A stretch of DNA of 62,459 nucleotides, counting the filler, from Hausera hauseri (taxonomy: Eukaryota), in NCBI GenBank assembly GCA_046269625.1. It is 12 parts of 12 records of this genome, joined end to end, with 100 filler letters (N's around TTAATTAATTAA, not from the genome) between each part and the next. Parts side by side here need not be neighbours in the genome. Positions count along the whole stretch, not along the records: positions 23,055 to 27,542 come from JBJURY010557451.1; positions 27,643 to 34,555 come from JBJURY010052552.1; 10 more parts are not named here. One strand, 5' to 3'. How positions within the stretch are numbered: position 1 is the first letter of the stretch; each line of letters starts with the position of its first letter. Positions 23,653 through 34,655 of this stretch are shown here, in pieces. The translations under genes were made by a program, and so were the position numbers. Under the pieces are notes generated by a model. The model saw only the letters and a program-made list of their open reading frames with translations. It was not told where the DNA came from and searched no databases.

Positions 23653-24435
23653 ATGAGTCACGTTATAACCTCTCCAACGACCATTCCATGGTCCAGCCCT
23701 GCCGCCATTTTTGAAGCATTTAAACCACCCGAAGGTCCTCCTGTAATGCCGTTTATTGCCAAAGTCATTGCACTATTTCTCTACTGTACTATATCTCTGT
23801 GTGGTTTTATCGGTAATGCCAGTGTTTGTTACATCATCGTGAAGGATTTGAAAATGTCTGTGACTAATCTGTTCCTCTTCAATCTCAGTTTGGCCGATAT
23901 TTTGATGGGGATTTTCTGTGGACCGTTTGTGATGCTTCGCGACTTCGTTCTCGGCTACTGGCCATTTGGAACGCCTTTATGTAAAATGGTTCAAACAGCG
24001 CAGGGAATAAGTGTGTTAGTCAGTGCGCTGACTCATTTTGTTATATCAATCGATCGCTTCGTTGTTGTTTATCGACCATTAAGACCAAGGATCAGACACC
24101 GATCAGCGGTGTATATATTGATACTCAATTGGCTTATGGCGGCAGCTTTCGTTTCTCCATTGACGATTGTTAATCAGACTGTTGGCAATGAAACGAAATT
24201 CTGTCAAGAAGATTGGACTTCGTTATTTTCATACAACAACACCGATGATATTTTCAATGCTGCTCTGTTTGCTAATCGAACATATTCGCTGTTATTACTG
24301 ATGATGCAGTATTTTCTACCTCTGTCCGTTTTGGTGAGCACATACTCGGCCATTGCGTTTCGAGTTTGGATTCAGGAAACTCCGGGTGAAGTTGATGCTA
24401 AGCGAGATCAGAGAATTGCAAAATCAAAAAGAAAG
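23653..24435 (+). CDS. Neuropeptide GPCR (RYamide/luqin-receptor-like), exon encoding TM1-5
   Basis: GNASV, TNLFLFNLSLADIL, YWPFG..LC, ISIDRF, ICL3 VW..ETPGEVDAKRDQRIAKSKRK, then donor GTAAGT. Confidence 0.85.
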
Positions 24436-24770
24436 GTAAGTAACAAATGTTTTTGTCTCCCCCTCCCTCTCTCTCTGTCTGTACCATCAATTTGACGAAA
24501 TTCAATTTAAAAATTTGTCAATAGACTCTCATAGGTAAATTGATCTTCCATCAACATTTGGCTAATTTTCTCAGACTTCTCTTATTGTTTTCTTTTTCAG
24601 ATAAACTCCTAAATTTTATCTTAAATATGAGCATAAATAATAATAATAATAAACAATACAGTAAAACTACATGTTAAGTGCATTTAATGAAACGTCCATC
24701 AAAGTATCTTAGTCATTCCAATTCAAATTCAAAAATTCAAGAAAATTTTATTAGCCAAAACAATCCATAT

Positions 24771-25040
24771 TCATCCAGATTTGAATAACAATACGGCTAC
24801 CTGACCAATGTAAAAGTAGACAAAATGTTTCGTCTCATGAGTCACGTAACTACCAAAATTCCTTCCAACAATCGCGTGCCATGTTGGATTGTATTTCTTG
24901 TCGAATTCCTTCTTGATGTAGGCAGCAATGTCTTTCTCTACGTTGTACTTTTCTAAGGCAATTGTGGCACATTCGATGGCATCAGTCTGCATCTCATCGG
25001 TCATGTCGGCATTTTTGATGACTGCTTTTTTGTTGTCCAT
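24771..25040 (-). CDS. DYNLL: Dynein light chain LC8, intronless
   Basis: 89-aa ORF with KAVIKNADM...[28 protein letters not shown]...LLFKSG. Confidence 0.98.
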   Translation of the reverse strand: MDNKKAVIKNADMTDEMQTDAIECATIALEKYNVEKDIAAYIKKEFDKKYNPTWHAIVGRNFGSYVTHETKHFVYFYIGQVAVLLFKSG

Positions 25041-25861
25041 TTTAAATTGTTGTTGAATGAGAGAATTTGTCAGTATTTATAATACTGTCGTACATGAGTA
25101 AATATTACATCAAATAAATAACTGAATGATGTGCCATTGTTTGTAGTTCATTACCTAATTCTTATGTCAACAAGAATGAGCACAGATCAGTTTCAATTTT
25201 CACACAAATGTTATCCGAAGGTTACAAAGTATAAATATATGTGTATTATCAATCATTCCACATGCATTACAAGATATAGTTGTGGCTAGCTTGTTACGGA
25301 GTCAAAAATACCAGGTGTTACACAAAAACAGCACAAATAAACTCAGACACTGTACCACATATGTTCAATTAAAGATATTCACCTTCTGTATCAATGACTT
25401 GATGATGATCATCCTTTAAGTGATCTAAATCCGCTGACAGTTTAAATCTTGTCATTTTCTGTTGTATGTTTTTAAACTTACTCTTCAAGTTCTGCTTTGT
25501 TCTAAAATGCTGTGTGTCGTCTATCAAATTCAAATTTTCTGAAAAGGGGATTGTTCAACAAAACTCGGCATCAAAACGGCAGTGTGTGGACGAGCATTAT
25601 TTGCAACCTACCCAATCTCGACATAGTTGGAACCTGCAGAAGAAATTTGACACAACGTTCCGCATTTATTATTTCATTCCGTTCGAAAACTTTGAATTGA
25701 AGATCAGCACGGAAATTGCAGGCAACAATAATGTGAAATTTACTATCAGAAATTATTCTTCTGGGTAATGTTGGCTTATCCCCGCTTCATCAATCCACCA
25801 CAGTATTTCCATTCACAATATTAATCAAATTGTTTGCATCAGCTACTCTGTCATACTGTTG

Positions 25862-25912
25862 TAAGGAACCCTAATTACTAAGGAACCCTGATTACTGAGG
25901 AACCCTGATTAC
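25862..25912. repeat. 17-bp tandem repeat x3
   Basis: T(A/G)AGGAACCCT(A/G)ATTAC three times. Confidence 0.85.
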
Positions 25913-26177
25913 TGATTTATATTTAAATATGGATTTGTTATATACAATTTACAGTTACAACAAATATATTTTGTTATTTTCAACAGTCTAATAAAAGTCC
26001 AAGCTAATTTCATGTAACCGTGTAAAATCACATTCGGAACTTTGAGGTCACATGAGCGTTTCAATATCAAAATTATGAGTCAATTCGAGTGACTCGAATT
26101 TTGATATTTCTTTGTAATATTTTACATCTAAAGTCAGCCATTTTTAATTGTTTCGCACATCAATTTCTTTCATCATG

Positions 26178-26459
26178 TATACTTCAATTTGACCTTTTCC
26201 TCTCAAATTAGGCCAATGTTCCACCTATTGAAATTTTCATTTATTAAACCACAAAACGTATTTCTAACGTTTTAATTTTTAATTCAGCTGAAATTTGTAA
26301 GAAGATTGATAATTACAAACAACTAAATTCATTGTCTCTTCTATTTGATTTAGCAGATTTTCTATGACTTCAGCAAATGAAAAATAGGGATTTCACGTGT
26401 CTGTAAAATGGATTAACAAGGAAGATTTTACAAAGAGGAAAAGGTCAAATTGAGGTATA
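26178..26459. mobile_element. MITE with TA-flanked TIRs (Tc1/mariner type)
   Basis: TATACTTCAATTTGACCTTTTCCTCT (26178-26203) and AGAGGAAAAGGTCAAATTGAGGTATA (26434-26459) are inverted at 25/26 positions; AT-rich non-coding interior. Confidence 0.8.
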
Positions 26460-27343
26460 GTATGCTGAAGTAATGCGTAATACCGATCAGTCGCTTGTCA
26501 TTTCGACAGAAAACAAGTCGAGCTTTTTTGCAGCGTTTCTTCAAGAACGAGTATACTTCATTTAGATGTTCGTGTTTCGAATTAATTCGCCATAAAATAG
26601 ACTTGAATGATGGTATGCCAGTCCATTGTTCATCACGGAAGGAAAGCTTCCTCAGGGGATTTCTTTCTCAGAAATTGCGAACAACCTTATCTGGACGTCC
26701 AGTTTTATCCGCATTAGCTCGGAATGAACTTCTTAAACATCTTATTATTCGATTTGACCTTTTTCTCCTTCCGTCACTGGTCCGCTTTGTACGGAATTTA
26801 CAGATGACAACTTTATAAATTCCACAGTCTATCCATTGGTAACAATAGTTTCATTCCAACACTAAAATATATGCTAACTCATACAGTTTTCAATATACAT
26901 CGAAAATCTATAATACAGACTAATTCATTTTTCTAAATTCATACGTCCGACCGATTTGCCCGTTTACATTAAACGTCTATGATGCACCATCGTATTAATA
27001 AAAAATTTTTAATTTATTTTTAAAATTTTTCATGCAATCTGAAATTTGGTAAAAAAAAACAAACAAAAATTCCAAATATATAAATGAAAAGAATGAAAAA
27101 GTATTATCGCATGACCAATTTACCCGAAAACGTTTAAAAGTACTATATAGTACAAATAATCGAATTAGACACAAATGAAACATTCCAGTGTGCACTTGGA
27201 ACTAAAAAGTGAAAATTAAAAATTGCTAATTTCGTTTTGCAAACTTTTGGAAAATTCATTAAATTTTTAATAATTCTTACAAATAAACAAATTTTTACTT
27301 ACCAATACAAAATAAAATGAATTATACATAATATGAAACAAAC

Positions 27344-27542
27344 GAGAGCAATTACATCACACTCCGAAACCATTTTCTCATTTAATTCTCCATCGACGTG
27401 GCAAACTCGAACGTATTGATTCAGCTCGCAAAGCTGTGAATAACAAACCTGTGCTCGATTTTTACCGACGTCGTCCAGTTGAGCATAAAACATTGAACTA
27501 AGATCCATCGTTGTCACAACTGCGTCATCGTGCAGACATACT
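27344..27542 (-). CDS. UBA1: Ubiquitin-activating enzyme E1 exon (partial)
   Basis: LHDDAVVTTMDLSSMFY..DDVGKNRAQVCYSQLCELNQYVRV, followed by a GT donor. Confidence 0.8.
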
Positions 27543-27642
27543 NNNNNNNNNNNNNNNNNNNNNNNNNNNNNNNNNNNNNNNNNNNNTTAATTAATTAANN
27601 NNNNNNNNNNNNNNNNNNNNNNNNNNNNNNNNNNNNNNNNNN

Positions 27643-29376
27643 ACCTGAATCGACTAGGAAATCTATGTGGCGGGATGTTGGTAATGTAGTTACTGCTTTT
27701 ACTGTAAATACAGCGAAAGTTTTCGGCTGGTAGAAACTGAAAAATGGCCTTCGCCAGGACTCGCCGTACGTTCTGGCGGCGGAATTAGTTTTTTGCAGTG
27801 GTGAACATGGGCGGCCGTTAGAAAACGAGATAGTACATTCGACGTTTGTATGTTGTGTGCTACTTCTAAAGGTACAACCGGGAATACACTTATGTGCCTC
27901 ACTCTTAAATTTTGCGTGGTAGGTGCAAATAGGATTGTTAACTTGATACTTTTGGGTGTAAATGCGGCACCCAATATGGCATTTTTGTGCTTTACGAGCA
28001 AACCTGTCATGGTAAAAACAGATCAGCGATCGTGCAGGAAACGGTGACCGACCTCTGGATACAGAGCGTGTGCGATCGTAGGTGGAACTCTTTCATTCAA
28101 TCTATCATTAATATTGTTTATTGTATTATGTAGGGCTGTTTTCGGCCCACAACTATTGTATTTAATATTCTAATGTGTTGTCGTTTGCTGCGAGTGCTGC
28201 AGAAATGATAGGTTGTGTGTTCAGGTGTAAGAACTCGTACGTTTTGTCTGCAAGTTCGGCTAACTTATCCAGCGCCGTCGATTCCTCGATGACGGTAAGC
28301 AGGACTCTGATCTGGATCGGTAATGCGTTTAAAAAGTAACGTCGTAAGAGATCGAAATTATTTTGTTATGTAACGCCGAGTGTTTGTAGTTGAGCGAGAG
28401 AGGTTCTAAGAAAATATGATGTTTTTTGTGTACCCATAGCGTTACCGTTGAAGAATCTATGGATTATAGAATCCATAGACGGTACCGTGAGTTTCAAAAC
28501 TGCATTATAGAGATAGCTGTACGGGTCGGATGTTGAAATATATCTAAAATATCGTGAAGAAAAGTCTTTACTGTGTTTGGTAAAAGGCAAGGTAAACCAT
28601 GGGCTTTGGCAGATGGATCAGTAATGTTTTTAGACTGTAGATAGAGTTTGTGAAAGTTAAGCCAGGTTTTCCAGGACTTTTCGTGATCAATAAAGTATTC
28701 TGTGCACTGAGGAGTATGTTTGCATGGCAGGATGGAAGGTGTATAAGTGGCAAAAGTAGATGGTCGTTGATTTTTGGTGAAAAGTGAAAGGTGATGGTTT
28801 AGAGGTAGTTTTGTCAGTAGTGTCAATTGTGGGCGAAGATTCCATGCCACCACGAATGCGAATGTGTACATGAATAATGACATAACGGGGTGAAGGAACA
28901 AAAAGGTCGCGAAAATTGACATTAATTACAGGTAAGTTGTTGTAATTAAAGTAAAATTCAGGAAAACGAGCAGTGTAGCATATAATTATGCAAGAAACGT
29001 GTCTATAAAACACGTTGTATCGAGTGTGAGAAAATGGCGATTATTTAGGAAGAATAAAATCGGGAGTCGGTGTTGGCCCTAATGGTGACGCGACGGACCG
29101 TAGTGTAGGATCCACTGACATTGGACAGAGGGTTGGGCAGTCGGTCACGCTGTGATATACTCAAAATTCAAGGGTTTTGTTAAGCGTATATGAACAAAAA
29201 TCTGAAGTATCTAAGGAAATGGGTCTTAAATGTCAACCACAACGGAGGGCTAAGTTTAAAAGGGGCAATGTTGTCGACGGCGGACATGTTAAGAACAAAA
29301 ATGAGAAAAACAGAAAATAGAAATCGCTAAGAATCAAATTTAAAAATGGTTGCCGGGCGAATAGTACGCAATGACA
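27643..29376 (-). mobile_element. Gypsy family A, 5' part (terminal region and degenerate gag)
   Basis: Homologous to 15000-16400 (HVHIRIRGGMESS..TDK, CTEYFID..KTW, ESTALDKLAELADK). A TG-starting terminus lies at 29376. Confidence 0.8.
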
Positions 29377-29399
29377 AATCTCACCTCACCGTGTATCCG

Positions 29400-30050
29400 T
29401 TTCACCGATGAGTATAAATGGAATCGTTCATAAATCCCACCAGATTGAATGTTTTCCGAACAGATGATAACAAATCAGCGAACAAATTTCGGAAATTAAG
29501 TTATTTCGACGATTTACAACACCCAACCAGAATACTCCATAAACATGTTACTGCTATACCACGTAAAGTTTCGGCTGTTCTTCCGGCTTGCCAAAATGAA
29601 TTTGGTAAAATTGCAAAGTTAAGTAATTTTCCAAGGCTATCACTTTTGAAATTTCCTTCGGAATTGAAAAACCCTTCCATATTTGACGTTAATTTCATTG
29701 GAATTATAAAATTTCTTAAGCGTAATTCAATTTCCTGTACTTTAGCTAACGTAATGTGTAATAATGAAAGTGTATCGATTAATTGTCCAAGAACAGGACC
29801 AGCACTTATCAAAAGTTTACTGCACATACATCGTCCCATACTGTTTGCAGACATATTAGGAGCTTTCTTTAATAATTCTGATAAAACATCGGCAAAATGT
29901 TCATTTAATGACAGTGCATCGCGAAATTTGACTAAAATTAAACTAAATTCGTAATTTAAGACCTCGACATATTTTTCATTTGAATCTTGAGATTCATGTA
30001 AAGAAAAGAAGAGCTGCAGAAAATGCAGTATAGCCAAACGTTTCGCAACT
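29400..30050 (-). pseudogene. DNAAF5: DNAAF5/HEATR2 internal fragment
   Basis: SAGPVLG...ELRLR...NSEGNF...LPNSFWQAGRTAETLRGIAVTCLWSI matches the HEATR2 WxAGRTAxxxR motif. There is no proper start, and a stop occurs at 29501. Confidence 0.7.
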
Positions 30051-30499
30051 CGTGCAAACGAGACTCGCATCACCATAGGGACTAGATGAAATGGTTCAGC
30101 AGATACAATAGTTTGAAAACTTAAACATAGTCGCTTGTCCAGAATCTGATTCATTATAATCAGAAACTGTGAAGTTGGGATTGCCATCATCATCTGGTAT
30201 AACTCTATTTCCAAAAGATTCAAATAATAATTGAGAATACGAAGGTGTTTGGGGTTTTGAAGATGATGATTGTGGTTGACTAGGGGTATATTGAGAGCCT
30301 ATCAAGGAACATATCAGAGACATATCGCGCACCACATTGCGCCGGACTTTAGTTGAAACCGACCCGCGCCTAACTGAATAATGCTTGAGACATAAAGGTC
30401 CTGATCCAATAATATCAGTTATGCCTTTCTCTACCAAAGGCATTTCGTCATCTATAATCGAACCGTCATAACGACAGTTCGGAAAACAAGCCCGCTGAA

Positions 30500-31060
30500 C
30501 TTCAAATAAGCGCAGAGTTCATAAACAAAAACTCATGTTTCATTTCAAGAAGAATCCATCGATGTGCAAAAGAGAAATTTCCCAATTGTTTTGCTCGCAA
30601 AAAATTTGCCAATTCAAGATCAAGATAAACAAGAAGATCGTGTAAAATTTGAAGTTTGGCCATAATGTTAGACTGATCCAAATAATTTTCGGCATCATTA
30701 TCATTAATATTCATACTGTAAACATATTTATTATCGATATTTTCTTTAAAACTTGAATTGTGACTGCAATCTTTGTACCTTTTTATTTACAAAGTCGCCA
30801 GATACTCTACGCATCAATGAACAAAAGCATATATATGCAACTGCGTCTTCGCCTTGTACAAACAATATGGGGCTTGCCAAATCTGACATACCCTGATGAT
30901 AACCAACTGATGGATGATACAGGCAATATGTCGCAAGAACGTCAAATATTTGAGACACATGAACATTGCTCATTTCACCAGAATAGAAATTCAGTGATCG
31001 AACAGTTCTAATAAAATCAATGCTGACCAAAGCAATATGGGCCAATTCATGCTCTGACTG
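30500..31060 (-). pseudogene. TBC1D25: TBC1D25-like RabGAP fragment
   Basis: IDFIRTVR, YHPSVGYHQGMSDLASPILFV..EDAVAYICFCSLM, FAHRWILLEMKHEF; broken into pieces. Confidence 0.75.
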
Positions 31061-31287
31061 TTTTCCTTGTATGAATCTCTGTTTCCAACAAATTTAATCT
31101 GTCGCGACCTGTTAGACCAAGTGGATATACATTTATGTTACTATCCGTTTCTACTTTCGATGACTTGAACATAACTACATCTGTCACATATCATGCCATT
31201 ACTATTACAATTTCAATAAAAATAACAAGTCCATTGACCTGGACGTGCTTCGAGGGTTCCATTTTTTCAATCATGACCATTATCTCG

Positions 31288-32085
31288 TTAATCCATATTA
31301 ATTCCCGTGGCGTACTGTTGCCTCCATAGTTCAAAGAATCGCATTTTAAAAACAATGGATAAACAAACATTGCACGTAAACGTTTCTGGATTAAAGTCAA
31401 ATTCACACAGTTCACATCGATTGACATTTATTATCCCTTTCAACGAAAGCAACTGATCAGAAAATATAGAAAGCAAGTAGCACTCCAAAACACGGTCATA
31501 ATAACCGTGGCCAACACAACAACAAACAATAAAACATTGCAAAACATATTTCTGTTCATCTCTCAATTGACTGTCGTTAATTATCCATTCCTTTCTATCA
31601 TTAATAAATTCATATCCAATCAATTCCAAATAGTCCGAATAATTTAATAATTTCCGTAGGTGATTTTCTATTTGTGGAGTATCAATCTTTATACATTTTT
31701 GACAATAAACTGAATATTTGAGCAATAAATTTTTTGCATAATCACAATAAATTTCAAATGAATTTTTAAAACAAGAAGTTTTTTCTTTTGTCGCACAATT
31801 TCGAAGAAATTTTTCAATGGGGAAATAATTATTCAAATACAATGTTGCTCGCTCTTGAATTGAAATTTTGCTGGAGAGATTTTTAAGACTTAAGAACGAT
31901 ATCTCCTTTGATTTGAGATATTCCAAGTATGACGCCCACAATGAATCCAACATTAAAAAAGCGGTAATACTGCCGCTAGTCGAAAGTTTCATCGAACTTG
32001 TCAACGTCAACGTTATCGTTTTAATTCCATGTATTAAATGCATTATGATTGTTTTTAAATCTTGAAGACTGGTTAGAGGTAGCAT
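31288..32085 (-). CDS. PUB-like domain plus C4 zinc finger protein (RNF31/SPATA2-like)
   Basis: FEIYCDYAKNLL...IKIDT...YLELIGY PUB-like signature; CELC...N...CNVC RanBP2/NZF-like finger. Confidence 0.45.
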   Translation of the reverse strand: MLPLTSLQDLKTIIMHLIHGIKTITLTLTSSMKLSTSGSITAFLMLDSLWASYLEYLKSKEISFLSLKNLSSKISIQERATLYLNNYFPIEKFLRNCATKEKTSCFKNSFEIYCDYAKNLLLKYSVYCQKCIKIDTPQIENHLRKLLNYSDYLELIGYEFINDRKEWIINDSQLRDEQKYVLQCFIVCCCVGHGYYDRVLECYLLSIFSDQLLSLKGIINVNRCELCEFDFNPETFTCNVCLSIVFKMRFFELWRQQYATGINMD

Positions 32086-32340
32086 GATATTATGTTACGG
32101 TTTTTGTGGCTTATCGTCAGGTTCGTTAAAATCATGTTTCATTAAAATCATTAAGCTTTGAGCATCTGGCAATTTCTGCAAATCGAGTAATTCCGTGGGC
32201 GTCTAACACCGTTTTAGTTTCAGCGTTAAGTCGGATGTTTTAAATGATTCCACCGTTATAAATCATGAAAGGCAGAATGCATAACTAATAACGTATTTAT
32301 TTTAAAATTGTAAATTCGATAACAAAATCATTATCCATAT

Positions 32341-32940
32341 CTAAAAACAACCATCTCCCGATTGGAAATTACCAATAAAGTTGACTGTTCGTTTTTGGCA
32401 AACACTGCTAGAATCATCAGCACCATTCCCATGATCATTGTAATGACAAATCAGTTCGTAAAGAACTCCGTAAGCAAAATTACAAAACTGGCAAATAAAT
32501 TTTATATTCTCCTCATTTTTGTGACTTTCAAAATAATTGGCAAAGTTGTCCAATTCATTTGGTGATATTTGTGAAGAATACTGCGAGATATCAGTTTCTG
32601 ATAACTGTAGAGGTTTTTGTTACAGAATTTACATTCGAATATATTGTTAACAGAAATGATCGGATTGTGATTATCACAAAATACATCAAACGTCGATTTG
32701 TTCTTTGTGTTTGTCGACACAAAACTGTTTATAATCAGCAACCGACGAAAACGATTTCTAATGTTGAACAGTAAAGGGTCGACTACTTTTTAATTTCAAA
32801 TCAGTCGCATAGCATTTCGGCAAATACGACGGATCACAATTTGTCCAGACTTTGTACGATCAAATATGTTTCGTGGAATTTGACTTTTGCGTAAATTTCC
32901 GTCCGCAAATCAGACATTGAAACGGTTTCTCACCGGTGTG
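32341..32940 (-). pseudogene. C2H2 zinc-finger gene fragment, ZNF341-like
   Basis: [31 protein letters not shown], then FECKFC and FICQFC..LYELICHYNDH; stops and frameshifts. Confidence 0.6.
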
Positions 32941-32954
32941 CTATTTTGTTGGCA

Positions 32955-34555
32955 TCATTTGGTAGTAAACTGAGATTTACGATGTCGGTTTTTATTTTGC
33001 AAATTATATTTATTGTGCTGCAGCGAAGATAACGGATGAAAACCTTGATGTTCGATTATGGGAATGAATGTAAACATCTCTTTAAAAGCTTTAATACTAA
33101 ATTGCCAGTATTGTCGTAGAACAATGGTTGGTGTGTTGTACCGTGTTGATTGAGGGTATTCTGTATTTTGGTGTTGTGTTCGGGTACAAAGGGATTTTTC
33201 TGTGGAAACTAAGTCATTGTGTGGAATCTCGAATAGGGATCTATATATCTCGGTTGTTGTGGTCCTGATGAGATATTCTGACACGATGAGGTAAAAGCGG
33301 TAAAAGCGCATCAATTCGTCGGCAAATACAAAAACAAATAACAACAAATGAGAAGACTATAATAGTGTATTTACAGGTCCTTGTTGGGCACAACATCACC
33401 CAATACAAAACGAACGCAAAGACGGAACAGTGTGGACTAACTATGTAGTATTCGTATGTAGAAGACGTTGTATTCCTTCAGTATTTAGCTATTTACTGTA
33501 GGTACTAAATGTGACTGATTTGCGATTTTTCAATGCCTTTGAGTCTGGTTGCAGAGGTGATTAAGGTAAGACAATGTCGGATTTCGTCGTTGGAGGTGTT
33601 GTGTCGTTCGTAGACGAAAAAGGAGCTAGGAAGGGAGATGTAGGTGAAAAGGAAGTAAAGAGTGAAAAGTTAGTAGAAAGGACGTTTGTAGTAGGTTCTG
33701 GTAAAGGAGTAGTTGTAGGGTTTGGCATGGTAAGTGGTGCAGGGATTGAAGGAACTGAAAATGGAAAAGGCGAAGGAGTCAGAACGGGGCTAGAAAGTTC
33801 AAATTGGGGGGTACCGTTTAAGAAAAAGGCAGGTTTGACGTTGGTGATATGTACCGAAAGTTCCTTACCGTCTTTAGAAATAATGGCGTTGTGGGAGTGT
33901 AATTGGACGAGTTTGTAAGGCCCCAAACACCGTGGCTGAAAACCGCACGGCGTTTGATTTTTTAGCCAAACGGATTTTGCGAATACAAGTCTTCAAATAA
34001 ATATGTTTTGTCTTTGTGAAGTAACATGCAGAACGAATCTTTACTGATCGTAACAAAGTAATTTTGTGCTGCCCATATCGTTTCATATGTATGGGGTATC
34101 GTCAAGGCAGTATGTTCGAATAATGATCGTACAGGAGCACCGAATAAGGCTGCAGTGGGTGAACAACCGGTAGACGTAGACGCAGTGTTCTGCCAACCAA
34201 GCAGAACAAACGAAAGAAGATTCGTCCAACAAGTATTTGACTCGGTAAGGATTCTTAGTGACGTTTTCAATGTTCGGTTGAAACGTTCTAAAAGTCCATT
34301 CGATTGGGGGTGATAAGGCGTAGTATGTATATGCTGAATCCCCAATCGGTTAACAAGAGATTTGAACAGGTTAAATTCAAACTGTGGACCATATTCCGTG
34401 ATGATGAAGCGAGGTGATCCAAACATGCTAATCCATGTATGAATGAAAATGTCAGCAACGGTGTCGGTATTTGTGCTCCGCAGAGGGATGGCTTCTGGCC
34501 ATCGCGAGGAACGGTCCATCATAGTGAGAATGAATTGATGACCGTTGTCCAGAGG
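32955..34555 (-). mobile_element. Gypsy family A, 3' part (integrase, S/P/T-rich tail, 3' terminal region)
   Basis: MDRSSRWPEAIPL...TTPYHPQSNGLLERF. A terminus TGTTGTGCCCAAC starts at 33395 after GGGTGA, as at 11349. Left boundary is approximate. Confidence 0.85.
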
Positions 34556-34655
34556 NNNNNNNNNNNNNNNNNNNNNNNNNNNNNNNNNNNNNNNNNNNNT
34601 TAATTAATTAANNNNNNNNNNNNNNNNNNNNNNNNNNNNNNNNNNNNNNNNNNNN

